Notes under the pieces: model-generated
What the model was told of the DNA's origin: nothing
Databases searched by the model: none
Seen by the model: the letters and a program-made list of their open reading frames with translations, nothing else
Translations under genes and position numbers: made by a program
Assembly (NCBI RefSeq): GCF_009914755.1
Contig: NC_060929.1
Strand: one strand, 5' to 3'
DNA length: 64,000 bases
DNA from: the human T2T-CHM13v2.0 reference genome, Homo sapiens
In this document: piece after piece, positions 1 to 16,539 of the stretch
Layout: every line of letters begins with the position of its first letter
How positions within the stretch are numbered: the first letter of the stretch is position 1

Positions 1-934
1 GGGTAAGCTGTATAAAAACATAATACCAAGACCTCTTATATAAGAGATCTAAGATCATGAGCATCTGCTATATTGTATCTACCTTTTAATAATTCCTTTT
101 TCCCAAAAAAATTATGTATTTGACAGAATGGATAACCTTAAGAAAAGCATGAAAAGAGTTAGAAAACAAATTTATATTATTGTGATTTTTTCCCTATTTA
201 TTGTTGATTACTGGATGCCAACTATATTCTGAAAAGATGGGAACATATTCTACATGTTCAGCTCGTAAGTTATTTCATGATTCTTACAGGTTACTGCTAT
301 TATTTGGGGGCTTTGTGGAGAGAGGCAGACCCAAAAAGAAGTATGTACACTATAGAGCTGAAAGAATTCTCAGGGAAAAAAATAATTATCTCAACCAATC
401 CAATTCATGATCCTAACTCTCACAATGGTCTCTCCAACACCGAGAATAGGTTAGGTATCCAGGCAACATAATCAGCAATGCTCTCAACCTTATTTCTGAA
501 CCTTATTATGATTCCTCTCTTGATCCCTCCCTTTTCTGTTTTCTAACATCATTTCCTTCCCTAATTAACCTGGGCCCTGTACTACATCAGCTCAACTAAT
601 CCCTTTACCTTACTTTTTCTTCCATCGCTCCTGCCCTACACAAGGTCCTAAACGCTAGATTCCTCTAACCACTCATCTTTTTCTACTATGAGAGCCGAGT
701 TTTTGAATATGACAAAATAACTGCTACAACTATCAAAATCTCAGATGGGCCTCAACACTGTTCAGCAATCCTTTTCTGTTTTCTGGGAAAGTAAAAACAT
801 TTAATTATGTATGGGTTAGGACGGCCTATAAATTAGGTAATAGAGCAGGAAGTTGAATGGGATTCATATCTGTTGGCTCTCCTTATTTCAAGCAGGAAGC
901 AAAACCATCTTTTGAAGTTATAACCACTAATCCG

Positions 935-1145
935 ATAGTGGACTATGTGCCAGGTTCTATTCCGAACACTTCACGTGTATCACCTGATGTAACTTTTATC
1001 TAAAACCCATGAGGTGGGTGTTTTAATTCTCTTCACTTGGCCGAAAAGGAAACAAAGACACAAAGTGGCTGAGTAACTTGTTCAAGGCCACACTACTAGT
1101 AAGCAGCAGAGCTAGTATTTGAACCCGGCAGTCCGACTCCGATGT
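935..1145 (-). mobile_element. MIR SINE
   Basis: tatgtgccagg...gagtaacttgttcaaggccacac...tttgaaccc MIR motifs. Confidence 0.7.
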
Positions 1146-1780
1146 CTGTTTTTTTCCATCACATTGGTATGTCTGAAAGCACAGCATCTCAGGCAGCCCT
1201 AATACGGTTAAAGATTGCTTAATATATGTCAGGGGAAGTGTTCCAAGTATTCTTTCCAACTCAAGGTTTAATTCTCTCTTCATGTACAGGAAAATACTCC
1301 TAGATAAGAAATCATTTAAGCATGAAGATACTGCGTATTTGGTATGTTTTAGGCCTTCAAAAGCAAAATCCAGCTATATTGCAAAGGATTTTGAGAGTGT
1401 GTGAAAGCTGGTATAAAATACTGGTTAAGGGAGTGTATTCTTGAGCCAAACTAACAGGATTACTAGCTATGTAACCATGGGCAAATTACCTGAACATACA
1501 GAACACATAGAGGAAAATTCCTTCTGGTTGAGAAAGGAATAAACTGCTGCAACTAATAACTAGAAATCAATCAAAACTTTTGCATCTAAAAAGAAAAAAC
1601 TCAGAGGCAAATTATAACCAGTATGACTTATACAATCTAATACCTTAATACAGATGAATAATGCAGTGTTTTTTTTAAAAGCTAAGATGCAAATAAATAA
1701 GCAAAGGTCATGAATAGAAAATTCATAAAACAGGAAAAACAAACCACTTCTTTTTTTGAAAAAATGCCTACTTGCATTAG

Positions 1781-1960
1781 TTTTTTGCTTTGTTTTTGTT
1801 TGTTGTTAGAGACAGAATCTCACTCTGTCACCCAGGCTGGAGTGCAGTGGCACGAACATAGCTCACTATAGCCTCAAACTTCTGGGCTCAACAATCCTCG
1901 TACATCAGCCTCCTGAATGGCTAATACAGGCACATGCCACCACACCCAGCTAAGTTTTTT
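1781..1960 (-). mobile_element. Alu right monomer (FRAM/AluJ)
   Basis: gagacagaatctcactctgtcacccaggctggagtgcagtgg; stops at cagctaa. Confidence 0.85.
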
Positions 1961-3329
1961 AAAAGATTAATATGTCTGTACAGCAAAGTCTGGAAGGATA
2001 CATTATAGTGTTAACAGTAATTACTCCTGGTAAGGTGAAGGAAGAAGAGAGAGGGCCCCAAGGCAGGAAACACAAGAGAAGAAAGTCAATTCCCCTTAGG
2101 GCCTCCTTCCTCCAGTAGCTCACTTCGTAGTGCAGTCTCTCTTGGATACGGCCTATCTTGTGATAGGCAAAATTTGGGTTACATGCCTCCATCCTAATTC
2201 CAAGGGAGACAAAATATCAATTTTTAGTGTTCCACCCTGGGGAGCCAAAGCAGGACTCATAAGGCTGAAATGAAACTCATAAAGTTATTTCAAAGGTGCT
2301 CAACAGTTGGAACACAAAATACATACTGAATTACCACACCCAGGAATGGATGATAAATCATTATCTTAATATCTATATTCTATGAACAGGAAATAGAGAA
2401 TGCTACTTACTTGCCTCGAAACATTTGCAAAAGCCTAACAATAAATTAATAGATATTTAAGAGAGAAAGAAATAGAAATGGGCTTGTAATTGAAGCTTCC
2501 ACATGATCCTACTACATACTGTAGTACAGTAAAGTAATACATTTGCCTGTGGAATATGTCAGCAACTCTGGTACTTCACAACCCAGACTACTAAATACTC
2601 TTTATAAATCAGCAGTGTACAAAGCTCAGGAAAGAAAAAATAAGCACTTAAATTAATAAATCATAAAATTGTGTCCATTTCAACACTGACAATATAAAAT
2701 TTCTTACATTATACCTGGCTTCTCTACCACGTATCTGACTATACAGGGACTTTAGTAAAGTTAACAGGGATTGGACATAGTAAACCTCCAGGATACAACC
2801 AATTTTTAAAAACACGAGTCTAACTATATGTTCACTGTTGTAGATATTTTTAACATAAAATATCACAGAGATTTGTCTCATTTAGAACAATGAAGACTGA
2901 TGTTTTCATTTTAAAGGAAACATGTCTAACTCACAACAAAAGCAAAAAGAAACCAAAACTTGGCACTTAATTTTGGCATACCATTTGCGAAATATTCTGC
3001 TGAGTCACAATCCCCATCACTACCCGACCAAACTCCCTAGTATTTTCACTAGACAACTAAGAAATATAACCATGGGCTGCCATTATATAGCAGAGTATCT
3101 CAGCAATTTGGAAAAATGGCAGCCCCTGAACCACAGGCTCTCCAATTCTGTGCTTTTGGGCCTCTCCAACTCTGCACTTGGAGCTATGGCCTCATTAACC
3201 TGCTTGTGCTACTCTCTTGCAAACTCAGGTGGGCTTATTTACCCAGATTCAGTACAATTCTTACCTCTCATTGGCAGCAGGCCCATGGGAAGAAGGCACA
3301 AGAGACAGTAGTCTTATCTAACTTCAAAG

Positions 3330-3805
3330 CATATTTACTAAATAAATGAATGACTGAATAAAAGTTTGTATAAATAAACCAAACACTGGTGCTAGGAGGA
3401 AGAGCTGCCACAGATGAACAAGAACATGCTGCTAGATAAAAAGTAACAGATGTCCTTTCAAGAGGCAGATAGTGGGGAAGACCCTCAAAAAGAATATGCT
3501 GAATGGATGACTGAAAGTACACCGAGAACGGCAAGTAGTTGGATTTACCAAGAGAGTTAAGGTATATAACGGCAAATGGTGGTGGAAGTACTAGGAAAAT
3601 AAATTAAGGACAGAACATAGCAGGCCAAGAATCCCAGATTAAAGAATTTAGACTTCACTTGGTATACAAGCAGCAGGCCATTAAGGGACCTTGGGCAGGG
3701 AAGAGACATTCAAGGCTATTCTTTAAGACAAATTACCTGACAGCTACATATAGGTTGGATTGGTAGGAAGAACTGAAGGGAGACAAGTTGAGGTGCTGCT
3801 ATGGT
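3330..3805 (-). mobile_element. L2 LINE fragment
   Basis: Degenerate L2-like purine-rich sequence (aataaatgaatga, aagaatttagacttcac). Confidence 0.5.
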
Positions 3806-4154
3806 AAGTACCTTGTGCATAAATCTTTTAATATACTTATCACATAACAATACATAATACATAATAATGTGGTTCATTTTTCTTCATCTGTCTCTCCTAC
3901 CAGGCTCAGACCTCCAGAGAGAAAGAATCTACTTTTTCAGCACATGTAAAAAGTGAGGATGAGCCAAATGATCACTGATAGCCCTTCTCATTAATAACAT
4001 ACAGGTCTACAATGGATTACTTTCCTTCCAAGCACTTATAGCTTAGCTGGAGATGGAAGCTAGGAAGAAAGGTCTTAATTTACAAAAGGATAATAACCTC
4101 AAAATGTCATTTACAATCTTTTTTTAAACTCAGAATGTATTTTCTGATGATAAT

Positions 4155-4378
4155 AACAAGAGAACCACCATTTACTGATTGCTTATCTTGCACCTCGCAT
4201 TGTGTTGAAACACTCTACACATCTCATTCCTCGAAATGATCCTATGAATCAGGTATTCCTATACACCCTTTCTGAATGAGGAGCCTCAGATGTGGAGAGG
4301 TTAAGTAAGCTGTCCAAGTTCACACAGTTAGGAAGTGGCCAAGTCCAGCTCTGAGCCTAGGCAATCTGTCTCCAGAGG
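4155..4378 (-). mobile_element. MIR SINE
   Basis: catttactga...gagaggttaagtaagctgtccaagttcacacag. Confidence 0.7.
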
Positions 4379-4495
4379 GGTTTAACCTGGTGGCCAGGTT
4401 TAAAGGTCAAGACAACAGGCCAACATAATCCATGATGTATCTAAGTGTAATAAAATTAAAGAATGTAACAACCAGATTATTCAGTCTCTGCTTAG

Positions 4496-4837
<342 letters not shown>

Positions 4838-4982
4838 TGATGAAGTAAAATGCCTACCCAATATATCTTTTATTTTTAATTTTTGTGGGTACCTAGCAGT
4901 GTATATATTTATGGGATACATGAGATATTTCAATCCAGGAAACAATGCATAATAATCACACCAGGGTAAATAATCATATATA

Positions 4983-5289
4983 GGTCAGGCGCAGTGGCTC
5001 ACACCTGTAATCCCAGCACTTTGGGAGGCCAAGATGGGCAGATCACCTGAGGTTAGGAGTTCAAAACCAGCTTGGCTAACATGGTGAAACCTCATCTCTA
5101 CTAAAAATACAAAAAATTAGCCAGGTATGGTGGCGGATGCCTGTAGTCTTAACTACTCAAGAGGCTGAGGCAGGAGAACTGCTTGAACCTAGGAGGTGGA
5201 GGTTGCAGTGAGCCAAGACTGCACCACCGCACTCCAGCCTGGGTGACACAGCGAGACTCCATCTCAAAAATAATAATAATAATAATAAT
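4983..5289 (+). mobile_element. AluS with (TAA)n tail
   Basis: Full dimer inside the L1MA. Confidence 0.9.
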
Positions 5290-6037
5290 CACATCCATCA
5301 CCTGAGGCATTTATCCTTTGTGTTACAAACAACCCAATCACACTTTGTTATTTTTAAATGTAGAATACATTGTTGACTATCATCACACTGTTGAGCTGTC
5401 AAGTGCTAGATCTTCTTCATTCAATCTAACTATGTTTTTGTACCCACTGACCAGACTCACTTCCTCCCACCACCCACTACCCTCCCCAGCCTCTGGTGAC
5501 CATCACTCTACTCTCTATCTCCATGAATTTAATTGTTCTAATTGTTTTAGCTCCCATAAATGAGAGCATGCAAAGTTCGTCTTTCTGTGTCTGGCTTATT
5601 TTACTTAACATAATGATCTCAAGTTCCATCCATGTTGTTGCAAATAATAGGATCTCATTCCTTTTTATGTCTGAATACTACTCCATTGTGCATATGTACC
5701 ATATTTTCTTTATCCATTCATTCGATGATTGACACTCAAGTTGCTTTCAAATCTTAGCTATTATGAATAGTGCTGCAATAAACACGGGAGTGCAGAAATC
5801 TCTTTGATATACTGATTTCTTTCTTTCTTTTGGGTATATACCAAGCAGTGGGATTGCTGGATTATATGGTAGCTCTATTTCTAAATTGTGAGGAACCTTT
5901 AAACTGTTCTCCATAGTGGTTATACTAATTTACATTCCCACCAACAGTGTATGAGGGTTCAATTTTCTCCACATCCTCACCAGCATTCGTTACTGCCTGT
6001 CTTTTGGATGAAAGCCATTTTAACTAGGGTGAGATGA

Positions 6038-6402
<365 letters not shown>

Positions 6403-7695
6403 TGATGTTGAGTACCTTTTCATATACCAGTTTGCCGTTTGTATGTCTTTTTTTAGGAAATATCTACTCAGATCTTTGGCTCATTTTTTAATCAGATTAT
6501 TACATGTTTTCAACTATTGAGTTGTCTGAGTTCCTTATATATTCTGGTTATTAATTCCTTGTCAGATAGACAGTTTGCAGATATTTTCTCCCATTCTGTG
6601 GGTTGTCTCTTCACTTTGTTGTTTCCTTTGCTATGCAGAAGCTTTTTAACTTGACATGATCCCACTTATCCATTTCTGCTTTGATTGCCTGTCTTGTGGG
6701 GTATTGCTCATGCAATCTTTGCCCACGCCTATGCCCTGGAGAGTTTTCCCAATGTTTTATGTTAATGGTTTCATAGTCTGAGGTCTTAGATTTCAGTTTT
6801 TAATCCATTTTGATTTGGTTTTTGTATATGGCAAGAGATACAGGTCTAGTTTCATTCTTCTGCATATGGATATCCAGTATTCCCAGCACCATTTATTAAA
6901 GAGATTTTCCTTTCCCCAGTGTATGTTCATGTTACCTTTGTCAAAAATGAGTTCACTGTAGATGCGCAGATTTATTTCTGGGTTCTCTACTCTGTTCCAT
7001 TGGTCTATGTGTCTGTTTTTACGCTGGTACCATGCTGTTTTGATTATTACAGCTCTGTAGTATAATCTGAGGTCAGATAATGTGATTTCTCCAGTTGTGT
7101 TCTTTTTACTCAGGATAGCTTTGGCTATTCTGGGGTCTTTTGTGGTTCCATATACATTTTAGGATTTTTTTTTCTATTTCTGTGAAGAATGTCATTGGTA
7201 TTTTAATAGAAATTGCATTGAATCTGTAGATTGCTTTAGGTAATATGAACATGTTGACAATATTGATTCTTCCAATATATGGACATGAAATATCTTTCCA
7301 TTTTTTATGTACTCTTCAATTTCTTGCATCAATGTTTTATAGTTTTCATTGCAGACATCTTTTACTTCCTTGGTTAAGTTTATTCCTAGGTATTTTGTTT
7401 GGACAAATATTTATTTAATGAGTTACTCCAAAATAGAGCTAGGGGAAAAATAAAATTCACTACATTGCACTATAGTTTTCTAATCATCCATTGCTGAAGG
7501 ACAGAGACAAAAAAGAAGACCTTGAGATTTAGATGATACTAGATTAAATATGAACCATAACCAAGGTTTTTTTTAAGATTAAATAAATTTTCCATCTAGG
7601 GAGGGAAAAACATCCCTACATTTTTCATGGATCAGACAGTATCTGCAGTGTTTTATTCCCTTCCAAGGGGCACATTTTAAGAAAAAAAAAAAAAA

Positions 7696-8456
<761 letters not shown>

Positions 8457-8923
8457 CTTCCCTTAAAATATTTGAAGAAACAATATGCTGATGAAAAGTT
8501 TAGAAGTTTAGACTTATTCTGTATATCTTTAAAGGGTAAAAGAACTGAGACTTTCCAACAATAAATTCTACCCAAAAATGAATTAATTACAGTGCATGAA
8601 AACATGACCAGCCAACAAACTAGTCAAAGAATACTGTTAGTTACAGTTGGTATGTTTCCAACTAGAGACAGGAGAAACTTCTCTCTGCCCATTGTAAGTA
8701 CTGTCACAGGCACAAGAACTTCCCTTGGGTCTATCCAAGCCAGTATGCCATTTTTTCCATCCATAGATGCTACTCGGATACAAAAAAATTAGTATTCTCC
8801 AAACAAAATTTATTCAGAATCACTTCTATTTCCTCTTTCATGGTTTGAAATTAATTTCAAGTATTTTTAGATATGTATTATATTCTAAAGCCAAATATCA
8901 AGATGTCTACAATTTGGGTACTT

Positions 8924-9616
<693 letters not shown>

Positions 9617-9758
9617 AATTTGGGTACTTTTTTGCTAAATTTAGCTATATTTTCCACTCATGAGTATAAATAATACAGAACAATGCCATATCTAAAATTA
9701 GAAGACAGCCTCTTAGTTTGGGATCCATAAAAGCTATAGAGGGGGCTAACATTAATTA

Positions 9759-10103
<345 letters not shown>

Positions 10104-10129
10104 TTAATACACAAACTAACAAAAAATGA

Positions 10130-10438
<309 letters not shown>

Positions 10439-10587
10439 GAAGGTTTTCTTAATTTTTAACATTTCTATCAACTCAACTTGTGGTTATACTATATCTCATG
10501 TAAATCAAAAGCTGTGATTGATGAGTGATAGATACATCACGATTTTTTTTAAATAAGGAAGCAAATAACTGCTTTGAAATGTACCTC

Positions 10588-10720
10588 AGCTGAGCATGGT
10601 AGCTCATGCCTATAATCCCAGCACTTTGGGAGGCTGAGGTAGAAGGACTGCTTGAGGCCAGGAGATCAAGACTAGCCTGGGCAACAAAGCGAGACCCCAT
10701 CGCTATTAGAAAAGAAAAGA
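10588..10720 (+). mobile_element. FLAM (free left Alu monomer)
   Basis: Single left monomer followed by A-rich tail. Confidence 0.8.
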
Positions 10721-10849
10721 ACCTCAACGAAGTGTCATACATGGTACATGGGGTGGGTGTAGAGAGATAATAAAAGGGAGAAAAGGTAAGAAGATGAGGA
10801 TCACTGAACTAGATACTAAAAGCTATCCTAATTCCACTGATAATAATAT

Positions 10850-11030
10850 TAGTAGCTCACCATTAATACATTATCACATTGAGGTAATTCTGTCAACAAC
10901 ATTTTGAGATAAATTCTGTAATAACCACTCTTTTACAGATGAGGAAACTGAGGCCAGGAGAGATTCAGTATCTTAATAAAAGGCAGCTAGAAACAGCAAA
11001 GTCAGGATTCAAACCTACGCCTATGGGCTT
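10850..11030 (-). mobile_element. MIR SINE
   Basis: ttttacagatgaggaaactgaggc core. Confidence 0.75.
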
Positions 11031-11452
11031 AAACTGTAGATCTGCACTGAGTAGTAACTACTGTTGATGGAAGTATCAGAATAAATTAATCAGGTATATC
11101 ACAAGCCAATCCAAACTTGAAAGCACTGGCATACATGTATAAAAGCTTTTAGACTACAAAATTCTTTACTAATATGGTTTAGTACTTTATCTTTCATTAC
11201 ATAACAATAAGTCAAACTCACTGACTTTTTCTCCACTTCTATGAATTACTAAATTGGCTTCTGTCCTTATCACTATATTAATACTCCTACTCATAAGATC
11301 TCCAATAACCCTCCAAGTCCCAAATTCAATTGATTATTTTCATTCTTACTCCTCTTGACCTTATGACAGACTACACCAAACTGACCACCTTCTGTCACTT
11401 AAAAGTTTCTGTCTTTCCTTGACACTCAGGACAATCTGACTTTCTGGAGAGG

Positions 11453-11581
11453 GATCTAGGCCAATAATACAGATTTGGGAGCTACCAGTGTATATATTTG
11501 GTAAATGGAGCCACTAGACAGGATAAGATTTCTAAGTAAGAGCAAGTGGAATAGCCAAGGCTTATAGTTAGGTGAAATATT
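11453..11581 (-). repeat. Inverted duplicate of 12088-12216
   Basis: 129 bp, 6 mismatches by hand alignment; also visible as near-identical peptides in ORFs 11456-11644(-) and 12010-12213(+). Confidence 0.95.
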
Positions 11582-11707
11582 CTTCTTCTCTCTCTTCTTC
11601 TTAGTTTCTTTCAGCAACTGACCCCTCTCCTCTGCACAATCCATAAATGCAGGGATCCCTCCAAATGCAATGTAGCACTAAAAAAAAAAAAAAAAAAAAA
11701 AAGTCTA

Positions 11708-11998
11708 GGCCGGACACAGTGGCTCATGCCTGCAATCCCAGAACTTTAGGAAGTCGAGGCAGGCGGATCACGAGGTCAGGAGTTTGAGACCAGCCTGGCC
11801 AACATGGTGAAACCCCGTATCTACTAAAAAGCACAAAAATTAGCCAGGCATAGCGGCGTGCATCTGCAATCCCAGCTACTCAGGGGGCTGAGACAGGAGA
11901 ATCCCTTGAACCCAAGAGGCGGACCTTGCGGTGAGCTGAGATTGCACCACTCACTCCATCCTGGGTGACAGAGTGAGGCTCCTTTTCAAAAATAAAAA
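11708..11998 (+). mobile_element. AluS
   Basis: Full dimer; flanked by agtcta. Confidence 0.9.
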
Positions 11999-12306
11999 CA
12001 GTCTAATAAATGGATTTGTTCCCAATTCGTATTTTCAAAAATTGTGTGCATTTAGACTTCAAGGAACCTTTTAACATTTTAACTTATAATATTTCACCTA
12101 ACTATAAGCCTTGGTTATTCCACTTGCTCTTACTTAGAAATCTTACCCTGTCTACTGGCTCCATTTACCAAATATATACACTGGTAGCTCCCAAATCTCT
12201 ATTATCTGCCTAGATCTTTGATTCATATTTGCAACAGTTCACGCAATACCTCTACCTGGATTCTCCCTCAGGAAACCCAAAACTAAATAACGTATATCCA
12301 AAGTTG

Positions 12307-12525
12307 ACCAGACATAGTGGCTCCCAGCACTTTGGGAGACCAAGACAGGCAGATCGCTTGAAGTCAGGAGTTCAAGACCAGCCTGGTAAAACCCCATTTC
12401 TACTAAAAATACAAAAATCAGCCAGGCGTGCTGATGGGCACCTGTAATCCCAGCTACTAGGGAAGCTGAGGAAGGAGAATCACTTGAACCTAGAAGGCAG
12501 AAGCTGCAGTGAGCCAAAAAAAAAA
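12307..12525 (+). mobile_element. Internally deleted, 3'-truncated Alu
   Basis: Ends at gcagtgagcc directly followed by an A run; aaagtt on both sides. Confidence 0.8.
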
Positions 12526-15008
12526 GTTAACTTCTCTCCCTCTACAATCCTCTCTTCTTCCTCTCCTCACATTGTATGTTAACAAAGCAACCACCTACCC
12601 AGTTGTATGCTAAAACTTATTGAAGTCATCCTTTCCCTTAACACAACTCTTCATTGATATCATTAACAAAATTGGGTGATATTATCATTATGCACGTCAG
12701 CCAATGAGCTTTATATACTACTTCTAGTCATTTCAATAAGCTTGCAAGGCATGTCTCATACTCATTTTATAGCTAAAGAGGCCAAGCCTAAGTAACTATC
12801 CCTCATTTATACAACCATGGCAACAGAGCCCTGGTGCCCTGACTTAAATCCAGTCTGTGTGACACCAAAGCACATCTCTTTCCACCTCAAATACTGCCTT
12901 TCTACTGCAGCAGATGTGTCTCAACTCTAGCCCCTCCTCTGTCACCTCCATAGCCACAGCTTTGCTTCAAGGCTTTGCCAAGATTATCATAAAAGCTCGT
13001 ATCTTTTCTCCACTCCAATCCAGCGTTTAAACTGCTATTGGAATGCTCTTCCTAAAAAGAGAGAGAGAACCCCATTCTGTTCATTCCTTCCTTTGAAAAC
13101 CCATTATTGGTTCCCCATCACCATGGAGCAAAACTCATACACATCCATTCACAATCAGGCCCCAACCCACCATGGGACCTGGGCCAGATCAACTGACTTC
13201 CCTGTTTTCAGAACAGGACCAGTTATAACTCTATGCTTTAGCATTTGCTGGGACTGTCTCTCGTCATATCCCACATCCCCAAAAGCTTCTGACAAGTTCT
13301 CACTCATCCATTGTTCAAGACCAAGTTCAACTGTCACTGCCTCTGTAAAGCCCTTCCAGAGTCACTCAGACAGAATTAATGCAGCCCTCCTCGGCATGCC
13401 CCATATCACTTTGTTCAGTTCACTCACAGGACAGAATTATCTGCTTAATGTTTGTCTCATCTTTAAGACTGAATTTCTAGATTACTTTGCACATTCATGT
13501 TTTTGTACCCAGCCTAACAGTACACCTTACAAGGACTACTGGAATGAATTTTCCAAATTAAACTAATTCTATACCTGAGAAGTTACAAATAAAGTGTGAC
13601 AACATGCAACTTGGCGCTTTTTTAAAAATGCAATTTGCTAAATTTGTTCCCAACTCGTATTTTCAAAAATCTTTGTACAGTTAGACCTTAAGGAATTGTT
13701 AACATTGTAATCCACAATACTTCACTAAACTATAGACTCCGTGACAGTAGGGCCTGTTTGTGACCTACAACACACAACAGACACTCAATGTTTGTGGAAT
13801 AAATGAAAGCTATCTTTGTTTAGTCTAAAACTAGCATCTTATTGGAACAGCTAGTAACCAAAACTGTATTCATTTAAAAAAAAAAAAAAAAAAGGCGGGG
13901 GTGGGAGGAATCTAGGTACGTCACAAACTTTCTAGCCTAAAAAATAGGTTAGCATAGATGAGTAGTCCCCTATACAGAGCATGTAAACGTTAAGGTATCA
14001 TATACCAACTCTAAAACTCCATGAGTCTAATAAGCATTCTAGGATATCTCTGATAAATTATTAGTTTTTCCCTTATTATCTTTAAATCATCACACCTTTT
14101 CCTTAATAAATTCTACCTTAAGTGATTTTCTTGTTATCATTGAAACAATTGTGAAATATTCCTACTACCACTGAGGCATACCAAACTTAGAACTTAAATT
14201 TCAGAGCTAAATATACAAAAAATAATGGCATGTGAAGAGACTATCGTCTTAAATACAATAATCACACAATTCCTTTTTTCACTTAGAATCATAAAATCTT
14301 AGGGGAAGGAACATACAAGTTTTGTTTAACTTCCTACCCAAACAACAATCCTTTATACAGAATCCTTGACAGATATTGTGGGAACCACTACATGAATACT
14401 CAACTCTCTTATGTTGTACTTACCTTTAAAAAGTAAATCTTACTGAATTTTTAGGCAGATGACTGAACATAGTATGCTTAAGGCTTAAAACGGAGTATTT
14501 AGGTAGGAGCTAATAGAGAAAAATATTCGATTTTTCTTTTCAATTTCTCAACCATTGGTAAATAATGCTCAAAATCTCAAGCAACTTCAAAGACAAAAGC
14601 ACACCAAGATCACTTCCAAACTGGAGTCAATACAATCTTACCAATTCAGTGAACTTCTCTGACTTGTATAATAACAGAATCAATGTAAAAGTTTAAGAGT
14701 TGTGTTTGACTCAGCACTGTTATTTGCTAGAAAAAAAAAAATCTCATTCCCCATAGGCCTAGGATAGGTCCAGACAGGTCACCTGCAATCTCTAGCAGGC
14801 AATCTTTGCTTACTTAAATTCCCTAAACCAAGACTCATCTCTAAATGTCCAAGGTTCTTCTCGCCTCCATAATTCTCCCTATAGAATAAACATATCTATA
14901 ATGGGAAGCACGATATTTTTGCCAGGGATGGTACACAATATGTAATCACTTGTTTGAAGACAAAATTAGTGGGAGAGTCTTCAACAAAACAGAAAATAAA
15001 TAGTTTAA

Positions 15009-15381
<373 letters not shown>

Positions 15382-16539
15382 TATATCCCATCTTTATTAA
15401 ATAAATACCACTTGTAATGACATGAATACTATCTCAAAGGTCAGACTAATTTGAAGCCTTTTAGAACCTAAAATCCACAGGTAGAACACCTTAATTTATG
15501 GTCACTCATGTGGAAGGTCAATGTTGCTACTCACATAAGCTATTTCTAAGTTCCCCAAACAGATCCCCATCATTAACTTAGAGAAAAGTCCACTATAATA
15601 GCTACAAGATTTCTGTGAAAGACGATCATGTTTTATCTTTGTTTGCGCTTCAAGTGTTAGGATAAACGGACTTTTCCCAGGTGCCTCTCACCATCTCATT
15701 CCTTGCCTTTCCTCCAAAACAAGCAAAACTAAAACACTAAAAATTTTAGTCTGGTCCATACTAGTCAATAAAAATCTTTCCTCTTGTAAACACTTTATAG
15801 CACGATAAGGGACGTAGTTTGCAAAGATCATCTGTACATCCTGTGTAAAAAATAAAAACGCATGGCACACCAAACCCAGATCCACTTCGGTGAATTCCCT
15901 CCAGGGCCCAAATGTGTGCATTATGCAACAGCCAGCACTCCCGATTGTAATCCCTGTCTGTGATGCAATGACAAAATATAAATGGCTTGGGTATAATCTG
16001 CTCAGTTCGTAAGTAGTAATTCGCAAGAAGCCAACGAATTAAAAGAATTCCCAAATTCTCAGGAACCTTGAAAATGACAAATTGTGTCACAGTTCTGTGA
16101 GAATCACAATGAAAACTTTCCCTTCTGGAAATTTTTTAGAAATATGTCCCTCCGGTCCCAATCCCCCAAAAACCCGTACACACGTTTTAATTTACGTTAG
16201 GAACGGCTCTCCCAGCGGGGGAAGGTGACCTGCATCAGGTGGTTATCTTCGAATCCACCCGATACGATACCCACGCCGCTTCCCAGACGCTGAAAAGCCA
16301 GTGAGATGCTTCATCCTTTCTCCCCAAGGACAGTCATGGGAGTCAGTGTAATCCAGACCCCCGAGCCATAAACCACCCAGGGTTCAAGGCTTCACCTCCT
16401 GAGGCACAGGCCTCTTGAAAAATGGCATAATGGAGAGCTGAGAACACAATTAGGACAAAACTGCAACGACCAGCATTCCAGAGGAGGGAGAATCATACAA
16501 TATCTGTTCCAAAAGTAGTTACAGGTAAAGGAAGGCGGT

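Larger units (their letters stand above)
11230..13560 (+). mobile_element. Fragmented L2 LINE (interrupted by local duplications, Alus and a MIR)
   Basis: L2-like pyrimidine-rich segments (ctcccaaatct, ctacctggat, caactgtcactgcctctgtaaagccct). Confidence 0.55.

Noticed and set aside
11456-12213. Two near-identical small peptides (NISPNYKPWLFHLL...) suggesting a paralogous gene pair
   Set aside because: By-product of the 129-bp inverted DNA duplication in L2-like sequence; no splice or promoter support.
13093-13566. 157-aa ORF
   Set aside because: Non-ATG start, lies in a decayed L2 3' region, no recognisable domain.
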